A stretch of 64,000 bases of DNA from the human T2T-CHM13v2.0 reference genome, Homo sapiens. The DNA lies in the NCBI RefSeq assembly GCF_009914755.1, contig NC_060925.1. The stretch is one strand, 5' to 3'. Numbering within the stretch: the stretch's first letter is position 1; every line of letters begins with the position of its first letter. Below, piece after piece: positions 13,601-28,700 of the stretch. The notes beneath the pieces are model-generated. The model was given only the letters and a program-made list of their open reading frames with translations. It did not search any database and had not been told where the DNA came from. The position numbers and the translations under genes are program-made.

Positions 13601-16600
13601 ATCATCATTGAATGGAATCGAATGGAATCATCGAGTGGAATCGAATGGAATTATGATCAAATGGAATCGAATGTAATCATCATCAAATGGAATCAAAAAT
13701 AACCATCATCAATTGGTATTGAATGGAATTGTCATCAAATGGAATTCAAAGGAATCATCATCAAATGGAACCGAATGGAAGCCTCATTGAATGGAAATGA
13801 AAGGGGTCATCATCTAATGGAATCGCATGGAATCATCATCAAATGGAATCGAATGGAATCATCATCAAATGGAATCTAATGGAATCATTGAACAGAATTG
13901 AATGGAATCGTCATCGAATGAATTGAATGCAATCATCGAATGGTCTCGAATGGAATCATCTTCTAATGGAAAGGAATGGAATCATCGCATAGAATCGAAT
14001 GGAATTATCATCGAATGGAATCGAATGGTATCAACACCAAACGGAAAAAAACGGAATTATCGAATGGAATCGAAGAGAATCTTCGAACGGACCCGAATGG
14101 AATCATCTAATGGAATGGAACGGAATAATCCATGGACTCGAATGCAATCATCATCGAATGGAATCGAATGGAATCATCGAATGGACTCGAATGGAATAAT
14201 CATTGAACGGAATCGAATGGAATCATCATCGGATGGAAACGAATGGAATCATCATACAATGGAAATGAAAGGAGTCATCATCTAATGGAAATGCATGGAA
14301 TCATCATAAAATGGAATCGAATGGAATCAACATCAAATGGAATCAAATGGAATAATTGAACGGAAATGAATGGAATCGTCATCGAATGAATTGAATGCAA
14401 TCATCGAATGGTCTAGAATTGAATCATCTTCAATTGGAATGGAATGGAATCATCGCATAGAATCGAATGGAAGTATCATCGAATGGAATCGAATGGAATC
14501 AACATCAAACGGAAAAAAACGGAATTATCGAATGGAATCGAAGAGAATCATCGAATGGACCCGAATGGAATCATCTAATGGAATGGAATGGAATAATCCA
14601 TGGACTCGAATGCAATCATCATCGAATGGAATCGAATGGAATCATCGAATGGACTCGAATGGAATAATCATTGAACGGAATCGAATGGAATCATCATCGG
14701 ATGGAAACGAATGGAATCATCATCGAATGGAAATGAAAGGAGTCATCATCTAATGGAATTGCATGGAATCATCATAAAATGGAATCGAATGGAATCAACA
14801 TCAAATGGAATCAAATGGAATCATTGAACGGAATTGAATGGAATCGTCATCGAATGAATTGAATGCAATCATCGAATGGTCTCGAATGGAATCATCTTCA
14901 AATGGAATGGAATGGAATCATCGCATAGAATCGAATGAAATTATCATCGAATGGAATCGAATGGAATCAACATCAAACGGAAAAAAACGGAATTATCGAA
15001 TGGAATCGAAGAGAATCATCGAATGGACCCGAATGGAATCATCTAATGGAATGGAATGGAATAATCCATGGACTCGAATGCAATCATCATCGAATGGAAT
15101 CGAATGGAATCATCGAATGGACTCGAATGGAATAATCATTGAACGGAATCGAATGGAATCATCATCGGATGGAAATGAAAGGAGTCATCATCTAATGGAA
15201 TTGCATGGAATCATCATAAAATGGAATCGAATGGAATCAACATCAAATGGAATCAAATGGAATCATTGAACGGAATTGAATGGAATCGTCATCGAATGAA
15301 TTGAATGCAATCATCGAATGGTCTCGAATGGAATCATCTTCAAATGGAATGGAATGGAATCATCGCATAGAATCGAATGGAATTATCATCGAATGGAATC
15401 GAATGGAATCAACATCAAACGGAAAAAAACGGAATTATCGAATGGAATCGAAGAGAATCATCGAATGGACCCGAATGGAATCATCTAATGGAATGGAATG
15501 GAATAATCCATGGACTCGAATGCAATCATCATCGAATGGAATCAAATGGAATCATCGAATGGACTCGAATGGAATAATCATTGAACGGAATCGAATGGAA
15601 TCATCATCGGATGGAAATGAATGGAATCATCATCGAATGGAATCGAATAGAATTATGGAATGAAATCCAGTGTGATCATCATCGAATGGACCCGAATGGA
15701 ATCATCATCCAACGGATGCTAATGGAATCAACATCGAATGAATCAAATGGAAACACCATCGAATTGAAACGAATGGAATTACCATGAAATTGAAATGGAT
15801 GGACTCATCATCGAATGGATTCGAAAGGAATCATCGAATAAAATTGATTGAAATCATCATCGAATGGAATCGAATGGTATCATTGAATGGAATCGAATGG
15901 AATCATCATCAGATGGAAATGAATGGAATCGTCATAGAATGGAATCGAATGGATTCATTGAATGGAATCAGATGGAATCATCGAATGGACTGGAATGGAA
16001 TCATTGAATGGACTCGAAAGGGATCATGATTGAATGGAATTGAATGGAATCATCGAATGGTCTCGATTGGAATCATTAACAAATGGAATCGAATGGAATC
16101 ACCGAATAGAATCGAATGGAACAATCATCGAATGGACTCAAATGGAATTATCCTCCAATGGAATCGAATGGAATTATCGAATGCAATCGAATGGAATTAT
16201 CGAATGCAATCGAATAGAATCATCGAAAGGACTCGAATGGAATCATCGAATGGAATGGAATGGAACAGTCAATGAACTCGAATGGAATCATCATTGAATG
16301 GAATCGAATGGAATCATCGAGTGGAATCGAATGGAATTATGATCAAATGGAATCGAATGTAATCATCATCAAATGGAATCAAAAATAACCATCATCAATT
16401 GGTATTGAATGGAATTGTCATCAAATGGAATTCAAAGGAATCATCATCAAATGGAACCGAATGGAAGCCTCATTGAATGGAAATGAAAGGGGTCATCATC
16501 TAATGGAATCGCATGGAATCATCATCAAATGGAATCGAATGGAATCATCATCAAATGGAATCTAATGGAATCATTGAACAGAATTGAATGGAATCGTCAT

Positions 16601-17497
16601 CGAATGAATTGAATGCAATCATCGAATGGTCTCGAATGGAATCATCTTCTAATGGAAAGGAATGGAATCATCGCATAGAATCGAATGGAATTATCATCGA
16701 ATGGAATCGAATGGTATCAACACCAAACGGAAAAAAACGGAATTATCGAATGGAATCGAAGAGAATCTTCGAACGGACCCGAATGGAATCATCTAATGGA
16801 ATGGAACGGAATAATCCATGGACTCGAATGCAATCATCATCGAATGGAATCGAATGGAATCATCGAATGGACTCGAATGGAATAATCATTGAACGGAATC
16901 GAATGGAATCATCATCGGATGGAAACGAATGGAATCATCATACAATGGAAATGAAAGGAGTCATCATCTAATGGAAATGCATGGAATCATCATAAAATGG
17001 AATCGAATGGAATCAACATCAAATGGAATCAAATGGAATAATTGAACGGAAATGAATGGAATCGTCATCGAATGAATTGAATGCAATCATCGAATGGTCT
17101 AGAATTGAATCATCTTCAAATGGAATGGAATGGAATCATCGCATAGAATCGAATGGAAGTATCATCGAATGGAATCGAATGGAATCAACATCAAACGGAA
17201 AAAAACGGAATTATCGAATGGAATCGAAGAGAATCTTCGAACGGACCCGAATGGAATCATCTAATGGAATGGAATGGAATAATCCATGGACTCGAATGCA
17301 ATCATCATCGAATGGAATCGAATGGAATCATCGAATGGACTCGAATGGAATAATCATTGAACGGAATCGAATGGAATCATCATCGGATGGAAATGAAAGG
17401 AGTCATCATCTAATGGAATTGCATGGAATCATCATAAAATGGAATCGAATGGAATCAACATCAAATGGAATCAAATGGAATCATTGAACGGAATTGA

Positions 17498-18805
17498 ATG
17501 GAATCGTCATCGAATGAATTGAATGCAATCATCGAATGGTCTCGAATGGAATCATCTTCAAATGGAATGGAATGGAATCATCGCATAGAATCGAATGGAA
17601 TTATCATCGAATGGAATCGAATGGAATCAACATCAAACGGAAAAAAACGGAATTCTCGAATGGAATCGAAGAGAATCATCGAATGGACCCGAATGGAATC
17701 ATCTAATGGAATGGAATGGAATAATCCATGGACTCGAATGCAATCATCATCGAATGGAATCGAATGGAATCATCCAATGGACTCGAATGGAATAATCATT
17801 GAACGGAATCGAATGGAATCATCATCGGATGGAAATGAATGGAATCATCATCGAATGGAATCGAATAGAATTATGGAATCAAATCCAGTGTGATCATCAT
17901 CGAATGGACCCGAATGGAATCATCATCCAACGGATGCTAATGGAATCAACATCGAATGAATCAAATGGAAACACCATCGAATTGAAACGAATGGAATTAC
18001 CATGAAATTGAAATGGATGGACTCATCATCGAATGGATTTGAAAGGAATCATCGAATAAAATTGATTGAAATCATCATCGAATGGAATCGAATGGTATCA
18101 TTGAATGGAATCGAATGGAATCATCATCAGATGGAAATGAATGGAATCGTCATAGAATGGAATCGAATGGATTCATTGAATGGAATCAGATGGAATCATC
18201 GAATGGACTGGAATGGAATCATTGAATGGTCTCGAAAGAGATCATGATTGAATGGAATTGAATGGAATCATCGAATGGTCTCGATTGGAATCATTATCAA
18301 ATGGAATCGAATGGAATCACCGAATAGAATCGAATGGAACAATCATCGAATGGACTCAAATGGAATTATCCTCCAATGGAATCGAATGGAATTATCGAAT
18401 GCAATCGAATGGAATTATCGAATGCAAACGAATAGAATCATCGAATGGACTCGAATGGAATCATCGAATGGAATGGAATGGAACAGTCAATGAACTCGAA
18501 TGGAATCATCATTGAATGGAATCGAATGGAATCATCGAGTGGAATCGAATGGAATTATGATCAAATGGAATCGAATGTAATCATCATCAAATGGAATCAA
18601 AAATAACCATCATCAATTGGTATTGAATGGAATTGTCATCAAATGGAATTCAAAGGAAACATCATCAAATGGAACCGAATGGAATCCTCATTGAATGGAA
18701 ATGAAAGGGGTCATCATCTAATGGAATCGCATGGAATCATCATCAAATGGAATCGAATGGAATCATCATGAAATGGAATCTAATGGAATCATTGAACAGA
18801 ATTGA
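17498..18805 (+). repeat. Module L (1,308 bp), representative copy; 31 copies in the window
   Basis: Carries the once-per-unit landmarks atccagtgtgatc, ggaacagtcaa, aaaataaccatc and ggaattcaaagg. Module starts (atggaatcgtcatcgaatgaattg frame): 43, 1966, 3742, 5050, 6826, 9042, 10818, 12594, 15280, 17498, 19716, 21934, 24152, 26370, 28588, 30338, 32088, 34306, 36524, 38300, 40076, 42294, 44512, 46730, 49390, 51608, 53826, 56044, 58262, 60480, 62698. The last copy is truncated by a few bp at the window end. Confidence 0.93.
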
Positions 18806-19273
18806 ATGGAATCGTCATCGAATGAATTGAATGCAATCATCGAATGGTCTCGAATGGAACCATCTTCTAATGGAAAGGAATGGAATCATCGCATAGAATC
18901 GAATGGAATTATCATCGAATGGAATCGAATGGTATCAACACCAAACGGAAAAAAACGGAATTATCGAATGGAATCGAAGAGAATCTTCGAACGGACCCGA
19001 ATGGAATCATCTAATGGAATGGAATGGAATAATCCATGGACTCGAATGCAATCATCATCGAATGGAATCGAATGGAATCATCGAATGGACTCGAATGGAA
19101 TAATCATTGAACGGAATCGAATGGAATCATCATCGGATGGAAACGAATGGAATCATCATCGAATGGAAATGAAAGGAGTCATCATCTAATGGAATTGCAT
19201 GGAATCATCATAAAATGGAATCGAATGGAATCAACATCAAATGGAATCAAATGGAATCATTGAACGGAATTGA
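18806..19273 (+). repeat. Module A (468 bp, 19 monomers), representative copy
   Basis: Diagnostic marks: ttctaatggaaagg, ggtatcaacacc, gagaatcttcgaacgg, ggatggaaacgaatgg and gaaaggagtc. Hand parse gives monomer lengths 26,22,26,23,26,26,23,23,23,23,25,23,26,26,26,26,26,26,23, summing to 468. Confidence 0.92.
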
Positions 19274-19715
19274 ATGGAATCGTCATCGAATGAATTGAAT
19301 GCAATCATCGAATGGTCTCGAATGGAATCATCTTCAAATGGAATGGAATGGAATCATCGCATAGAATCGAATGAAATTATCATCGAATGGAATCGAATGG
19401 AATCAACATCAAACGGAAAAAAACGGAATTATCGAATGGAATCGAAGAGAATCATCGAATGGACCCGAATGGAATCATCTAATGGAATGGAATGGAATAA
19501 TCCATGGACTCGAATGCAATCATCATCGAATGGAATCGAATGGAATCATCGAATGGACTCGAATGGAATAATCATTGAACGGAATCGAATGGAATCATCA
19601 TCGGATGGAAATGAAAGGAGTCATCATCTAATGGAATTGCATGGAATCATCATAAAATGGAATCGAATGGAATCAACATCAAATGGAATCAAATGGAATC
19701 ATTGAACGGAATTGA
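19274..19715 (+). repeat. Module B (442 bp, 18 monomers; L-type head joined to A-type tail), representative copy; 23 copies of the junction
   Basis: Defined by the junction catcggatggaaatgaaaggagtc. Module starts: 8600, 14838, 17056, 19274, 21492, 23710, 25928, 28146, 29896, 31646, 33864, 36082, 41852, 44070, 46288, 48506, 48948, 51166, 53384, 55602, 57820, 60038, 62256. Confidence 0.92.
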
Positions 19716-22700
19716 ATGGAATCGTCATCGAATGAATTGAATGCAATCATCGAATGGTCTCGAATGGAATCATCTTCAAATGGAATGGAATGGAATCATC
19801 GCATAGAATCGAATGGAATTATCATCGAATGGAATCGAATGGAATCAACATCAAACGGAAAAAAACGGAATTATCGAATGGAATCGAAGAGAATCATCGA
19901 ATGGACCCGAATGGAATCATCTAATGGAATGGAATGGAATAATCCATGGACTCGAATGCAATCATCATCGAATGGAATCAAATGGAATCATCGAATGGAC
20001 TCGAATGGAATAATCATTGAACGGAATCGAATGGAATCATCATCGGATGGAAATGAATGGAATCATCATCGAATGGAATCGAATAGAATTATGGAATGAA
20101 ATCCAGTGTGATCATCATCGAATGGACCCGAATGGAATCATCATCCAACGGATGCTAATGGAATCAACATCGAATGAATCAAATGGAAACACCATCGAAT
20201 TGAAACGAATGGAATTACCATGAAATTGAAATGGATGGACTCATCATCGAATGGATTCGAAAGGAATCATCGAATAAAATTGATTGAAATCATCATCGAA
20301 TGGAATCGAATGGTATCATTGAATGGAATCGAATGGAATCATCATCAGATGGAAATGAATGGAATCGTCATAGAATGGAATCGAATGGATTCATTGAATG
20401 GAATCAGATGGAATCATCGAATGGACTGGAATGGAATCATTGAATGGACTCGAAAGAGATCATGATTGAATGGAATTGAATGGAATCATCGAATGGTCTC
20501 GATTGGAATCATTATCAAATGGAATCGAATGGAATCACCGAATAGAATCGAATGGAACAATCATCGAATGGACTCAAATGGAATTATCCTCCAATGGAAT
20601 CGAATGGAATTATCGAATGAAATCGAATGGAATTATCGAATGCAATCGAATAGAATCATCGAATGGACTCGAATGGAATCATCGAATGGAATGGAATGGA
20701 ACAGTCAATGAACTCGAATGGAATCATCATTGAATGGAATCGAATGGAATCATCGAGTGGAATCGAATGGAATTATGATCAAATGGAATCGAATGTAATC
20801 ATCATCAAATGGAATCAAAAATAACCATCATCAATTGGTATTGAATGGAATTGTCATCAAATGGAATTCAAAGGAAACATCATCAAATGGAACCGAATGG
20901 AATCCTCATTGAATGGAAATGAAAGGGGTCATCATCTAATGGAATCGCATGGAATCATCATCAAATGGAATCGAATGGAATCATCATCAAATGGAATCTA
21001 ATGGAATCATTGAACAGAATTGAATGGAATCGTCATCGAATGAATTGAATGCAATCATCGAATGGTCTCGAATGGAACCATCTTCTAATGGAAAGGAATG
21101 GAATCATCGCATAGAATCGAATGGAATTATCATCGAATGGAATCGAATGGTATCAACACCAAACGGAAAAAAACGGAATTATCGAATGGAATCGAAGAGA
21201 ATCTTCGAACGGACCCGAATGGAATCATCTAATGGAATGGAATGGAATAATCCATGGACTCGAATGCAATCATCATCGAATGGAATCGAATGGAATCATC
21301 GAATGGACTCGAATGGAATAATCATTGAACGGAATCGAATGGAATCATCATCGGATGGAAACGAATGGAATCATCATCGAATGGAAATGAAAGGAGTCAT
21401 CATCTAATGGAATTGCATGGAATCATCATAAAATGGAATCGAATGGAATCAACATCAAATGGAATCAAATGGAATCATTGAACGGAATTGAATGGAATCG
21501 TCATTGAATAAATTGAATGCAATCATCGAATGGTCTCGAATGGAATCATCTTCAAATGGAATGGAATGGAATCATCGCATAGAATCGAATGGAATTATCA
21601 TCGAATGGAATCGAATGGAATCAACATCAAACGGAAAAAAACGGAATTATCGAATGGAATCGAAGAGAATCATCGAATGGAACCGAATGGAATCATCTAA
21701 TGGAATGGAATGGAATAATCCATGGACTCGAATGCAATCATCATCGAATGGAATCGAATGGAATCATCGAATGGACTCGAATGGAATAATCATTGAACAG
21801 AATCGAATGGAATCATCATCGGATGGAAATGAAAGGAGTCATCATCTAATGGAATTGCATGGAATCATCATAAAATGGAATCGAATGGAATCAACATCAA
21901 ATGGAATCAAATGGAATCATTGAACGGAATTGAATGGAATCGTCATCGAATGAATTGAATGCAATCATCTAATGGTCTCGAATGGAATCATCTTCAAATG
22001 GAATGGAATGGAATCATCGCATAGAATCGAATGGAATTATCATCGAATGGAATCGAATGGAATCAACATCAAACGGAAAAAAACGGAATTATCGAATGGA
22101 ATCGAAGAGAATCATCGAATGGACCCGAATGGAATCATCTAATGGAATGGAATGGAATAATCCATGGACTCGAATGCAATCATCATCGAATGGAATCGAA
22201 TGGAATCATCCAATGGACTCGAATGGAATAATCATTGAACGGAATCGAATGGAATCATCATCGGATGGAAATGAATGGAATCATCATCGAATGGAATCGA
22301 ATAGAATTATGGAATGAAATCCAGTGTGATCATCATCGAATGGACCCGAATGGAATCATCATCCAACGGATGCTAATGGAATCAACATCGAATGAATCAA
22401 ATGGAAACACCATCGAATTGAAACGAATGGAATTACCATGAAATTGAAATGGATGGACTCATCATCGAATGGATTTGAAAGGAATCATCGAATAAAATTG
22501 ATTGAAATCATCATCGAATGGAATCGAATGGTATCATTGAATGGAATCGAATGGAATCATCATCAGATGGAAATGAATGGAATCGTCATAGAATGGAATC
22601 GAATGGATTCATTGAATGGAATCAGATGGAATCATCGAATGGACTGGAATGGAATCATTGAATGGACTCGAAAGAGATCATGATTGAATGGAATTGAATG

Positions 22701-25700
22701 GAATCATCGAATGGTCTCGATTGGAATCATTATCAAATGGAATCGAATGGAATCACCGAATAGAATCGAATGGAACAATCATCGAATGGACTCAAATGGA
22801 ATTATCCTCCAATGGAATCGAATGGAATTATCGAATGCAATCGAATGGAATTATCGAAAGCAAACGAATAGAATCATAGAATGGACTCGAATGGAATCAT
22901 CGAATGGAATGGAATGGAACAGTCAATGAACTCGAATGGAATCATCATTGAATGGAATCGAATGGAATCATCGAGTGGAATCGAATGGAATTATGATCAA
23001 ATGGAATCGAATGTAATCATCATCAAATGGAATCAAAAATAACCATCATCAATTGGTATTGAATGGAATTGTCATCAAATGGAATTCAAAGGAAATATCA
23101 TCAAATGGAACCGAATGGAATCCTCATTGAATGGAAATGAAAGGGGTCATCATCTAATGGAATCGCATGGAATCATCATCAAATGGAATCGAATGGAATC
23201 ATCATGAAATGGAATCTAATGGAATCATTGAACAGAATTGAATGGAATCGTCATCGAATGAATTGAATGCAATCATCGAATGGTCTCGAATGGAACCATC
23301 TTCTAATGGAAAGGAATGGAATCATCGCATAGAATCGAATGGAATTATCATCGAATGGAATCGAATGGTATCAACACCAAACGGAAAAAAACGGAATTAT
23401 CGAATGGAATCGAAGAGAATCTTCGAACGGACCCGAATGGAATCATCTAATGGAATGGAATGGAATAATCCATGGACTCGAATGCAATCATCATCGAATG
23501 GAATCGAATGGAATCATCGAATGGACTCGAATGGAATAATCATTGAACGGAATCGAATGGAATCATCATCGGATGGAAACGAATGGAATCATCATCGAAT
23601 GGAAATGAAAGGAGTCATCATCTAATGGAATTGCATGGAATCATCATAAAATGGAATCGAATGGAATCAACATCAAATGGAATCAAATGGAATCATTGAA
23701 CGGAATTGAATGGAATCGTCATCGAATGAATTGACTGCAATCATCGAATGGTCTCGAATGGAATCATCTTCAAATGGAATGGAATGGAATCATCGCATAG
23801 AATCGAATGGAATTATCATCGAATGGAATCGAATGGAATCAACATCAAACGGAAAAAAACGGAATTATCGAATGGAATCGAAGAGAATCATCGAATGGAC
23901 CCGAATGGAATCATCTAATGGAATGGAATGGAATAATCCATGGACTCGAATGCAATCATCATCGAATGGAATCGAATGGAATCATCGAATGGACTCGAAT
24001 GGAATAATCATTGAACGGAATCGAATGGAATCATCATCGGATGGAAATGAAAGGAGTCATCATCTAATGGAATTGCATGGAATCATCATAAAATGGAATC
24101 GAATGGAATCAACATCAAATGGAATCAAATGGAATCATTGAACGGAATTGAATGGAATCGTCATCGAATGAATTGAATGCAATCATCGAATGGTCTCGAA
24201 TGGAATCATCTTCAAATGGAATGGAATGGAATCATCGCATAGAATCGAATGGAATTATCATCGAATGGAATCGAATGGAATCAACATCAAACGGAAAAAA
24301 ACGGAATTATCGAATGGAATCGAAGAGAATCATCGAATGGACCCGAATGGAATCATCTAATGGAATGGAATGGAATAATCCATGGACTCGAATGCAATCA
24401 TCATCGAATGGAATCAAATGGAATCATCGAATGGACTCGAATGGAATAATCATTGAACGGAATCGAATGGAATCATCATCGGATGGAAATGAATGGAATC
24501 ATCATCGAATGGAATCGAATAGAATTATGGAATGAAATCCAGTGTGATCATCATCGAATGGACCCGAATGGAATCATCAAACAACGGATGCTAATGGAAT
24601 CAACATCGAATGAATCAAATGGAAACACCATCGAATTGAAACGAATGGAATTACCATGAAATTGAAATGGATGGACTCATCATCGAATGTATTCGAAAGG
24701 AATCATCGAATAAAATTGATTGAAATCATCATCGAATGGAATCGAATGGTATCATTGAATGGAATCGAATGGAATCATCATCAGATGGAAATGAATGGAA
24801 TCGTCATAGAATGGAATCGAATGGATTCATTGAATGGAATCAGATGGAATCATCGAATGGACTGGAATGGAATCATTGAATGGACTCGAAAGAGATCATG
24901 ATTGAATGGAATTGAATGGAATCATCGAATGGTCTCGATTGGAATCATTATCAAATGGAATCGAATGGAATCACCGAATAGAATCGAATGGAACAATCAT
25001 CGAATGGACTCAAATGGAATTATCCTCCAATGGAATCGAATGGAATTATCGAATGCAATCGAATGGAATTATCGAATGCAATCGAATAGAATCATCGAAT
25101 GGACTCGAATGGAATCATCGAATGGAATGGAATGGAACAGTCAATGAACTCGAATGGAATCATCATTGAATGGAATCGAATGGAATCATCGAGTGGAATC
25201 GAATGGAATTATGATCAAATGGAATCGAATGTAATCATCATCAAATGGAATCAAAAATAACCATCATCAATTGGTATTGAATGGAATTGTCATCAAATGG
25301 AATTCAAAGGAAACATCATCAAATGGAACCGAATGGAATCCTCATTGAATGGAAATGAAAGGGGTCATCATCTAATGGAATCGCATGGAATCATCATAAA
25401 ATGGAATCGAATGGAATCATCATGAAATGGAATCTAATGGAATCATTGAACAGAATTGAATGGAATCGTCATCGAATGAATTGAATGCAATCATCGAATG
25501 GTCTCGAATGGAACCATCTTCTAATGGAAAGGAATGGAATCATCGCATAGAATCGAATGGAATTATCATCGAATGGAATCGAATGGTATCAACACCAAAC
25601 GGAAAAAAACGGAATTATCGAATGGAATCGAAGAGAATCTTCGAACGGACCCGAATGGAATCATCTAATGGAATGGAATGGAATAATCCATGGACTCGAA

Positions 25701-28700
25701 TGCAATCATCATCGAATGGAATCGAATGGAATCATCGAATGGACTCGAATGGAATAATCATTGAACGGAATCGAATGGAATCATCATCGGATGGAAACGA
25801 ATGGAATCATCATCGAATGGAAATGAAAGGAGTCATCATCTAATAGAATTGCATGGAATCATCATAAAATGGAATCGAATGGAATCAACATCAAATGGAA
25901 TCAAATGGAATCATTGAACGGAATTGAATGGAATCGTCATCGAATGAATTGACTGCAATCATCGAATGGTCTCGAATGGAATCATCTTCAAATGGAATGG
26001 AATGGAATCATCGCATAGAATCGAATGGAATTATCATCGAATGGAATCGAATGGAATCAACATCAAACGGAAAAAAACGGAATTATCGAATGGAATCGAA
26101 GAGAATCTTCGAACGGACCCGAATGGAATCATCTAATGGAATGGAATGGAATAATCCATGGACTCGAATGCAATGATCATCGAATGGAATCGAATGGAAT
26201 CATCGAATGGACTCGAATGAAATAATCATTGAACGGAATCGAATGGAATCATCATCGGATGGAAATGAAAGGAGTCATCATCTAATGGAATTGCATGGAA
26301 TCATCATAAAATGGAATCGAATGGAATCAACATCAAATGGAATCAAATGGAATCATTGAACGGAATTGAATGGAATCGTCATCGAATGAATTGAATGCAA
26401 TCATCGAATGGTCTCGAATGGAATCATCTTCAAATGGAATGGAATGGAATCATCGCATAGAATCGAATGGAATTATCATCGAATGGAATCGAATGGAATC
26501 AACATCAAACGGAAAAAAACGGAATTATCGAATGGAATCGAAGAGAATCATCGAATGGACCCGAATGGAATCATCTAATGGAATGGAATGGAATAATCCA
26601 TGGACTCGAATGCAATCATCATCGAATGGAATCGAATGGAATCATCCAATGGACTCGAATGGAATAATCATTGAACGGAATCGAATGGAATCATCATCGG
26701 ATGGAAATGAATGGAATCATCATCGAATGGAATCGAATAGAATTATGGAATGAAATCCAGTGTGATCATCATCGAATGGACCCGAATGGAATCATCATCC
26801 AACGGATGCTAATGGAATCAACATCGAATGAATCAAATGGAAACACCATCGAATTGAAACGAATGGAATTACCATGAAATTGAAATGGATGGACTCATCA
26901 TCGAATGGATTTGAAAGGAATCATCGAATAAAATTGATTGAAATCATCATCGAATGGAATCGAATGGTATCATTGAATGGAATCGAATGGAATCATCATC
27001 AGATGGAAATGAATGGAATCGTCATAGAATGGAATCGAATGGATTCATTGAATGGAATCAGATGGAATCATCGAATGGACTGGAATGGAATCATTGAATG
27101 GACTCGAAAGAGATCATGATTGAATGGAATTGAATGGAATCATCGAATGGTCTCGATTGGAATCATTATCAAATGGAATCGAATGGAATCACCGAATAGA
27201 ATCGAATGGAACAATCATCGAATGGACTCAAATGGAATTATCCTCCAATGGAATCGAATGGAATTATCGAATGCAATCGAATGGAATTATCGAATGCAAA
27301 CGAATAGAATCATCGAATGGACTCGAATGGAATCATCGAATGGAATGGAATGGAACAGTCAATGAACTCGAATGGAATCATCATTGAATGGAATCGAATG
27401 GAATCATCGAGTGGAATCGAATGGAATTATGATCAAATGGAATCGAATGTAATCATCATCAAATGGAATCAAAAATAACCATCATCAATTGGTATTGAAT
27501 GGAATTGTCATCAAATGGAATTCAAAGGAAACATCATCAAATGGAACCGAATGGAATCCTCATTGAATGGAAATGAAAGGGGTCATCATCTAATGGAATC
27601 GCATGGAATCATCATCAAATGGAATCGAATGGAATCATCATGAAATGGAATCTAATGGAATCATTGAACAGAATTGAATGGAATCGTCATCGAATGAATT
27701 GAATGCAATCATCGAATGGTCTCGAATGGAACCATCTTCTAATGGAAAGGAATGGAATCATCGCATAGAATCGAATGGAATTATCATCAAATGGAATCGA
27801 ATGGTATCAACACCAAACGGAAAAAAACGGAATTATCGAATGGAATCGAAGAGAATCTTCGAACGGACCCGAATGGAATCATCTAATGGAATGGAATGGA
27901 ATAATCCATGGACTCGAATGCAATCATCATCGAATGGAATCGAATGGAATCATCGAATGGACTCGAATGGAATAATCATTGAACAGAATCGAATGGAATC
28001 ATCATCGGATGGAAACGAATGGAATCATCATCGAATGGAAATGAAAGGAGTCATCATCTAATGGAATTGCATGGAATCATCATAAAATGGAATCGAATGG
28101 AATCAACATCAAATGGAATCAAATGGAATCATTGAACGGAATTGAATGGAATCGTCATCGAATGAATTGAATGCAATCATCGAATGGTCTCGAATGGAAT
28201 CATCTTCAAATGGAATGGAATGGAATCATCGCATAGAATCGAATGAAATTATCATCGAATGGAATCGAATGGAATCAACATCAAACGGAAAAAAACGGAA
28301 TTATCGAATGGAATCGAAGAGAATCATCGAATGGACCCGAATGGAATCATCTAATGGAATGGAATGGAATAATCCATGGACTCGAATGCAATCATCATCG
28401 AATGGAATCGAATGGAATCATCGAATGGACTCGAATGGAATAATCATTGAACGGAATCGAATGGAATCATCATCGGATGGAAATGAAAGGAGTCATCATC
28501 TAATGGAATTGCATGGAATCATCATAAAATGGAATCGAATGGAATCAACATCAAATGGAATCAAATGGAATCATTGAACGGAATTGAATGGAATCGTCAT
28601 CGAATGAATTGAATGCAATCATCGAATGGTCTCGAATGGAATCATCTTCAAATGGAATGGAATGGAATCATCGCATAGAATCGAATGGAATTATCATCGA

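Larger units (their letters stand above)
1..15279 (+). repeat. Heterogeneous domain dominated by 1,776-bp (L+A) units
   Basis: Landmark spacings are 1923, 1776, 1308, 1776, 2216, 1776, 1776 and 2686. It has many private substitutions and the only 1-bp indels I detected. Confidence 0.88.

Noticed and set aside
18806-19715. 468 = 18 x 26 and 442 = 17 x 26, suggesting pure 26-mers
   Set aside because: Hand parsing gives 19 and 18 monomers of mixed 22/23/25/26 bp, so the multiples are coincidental.
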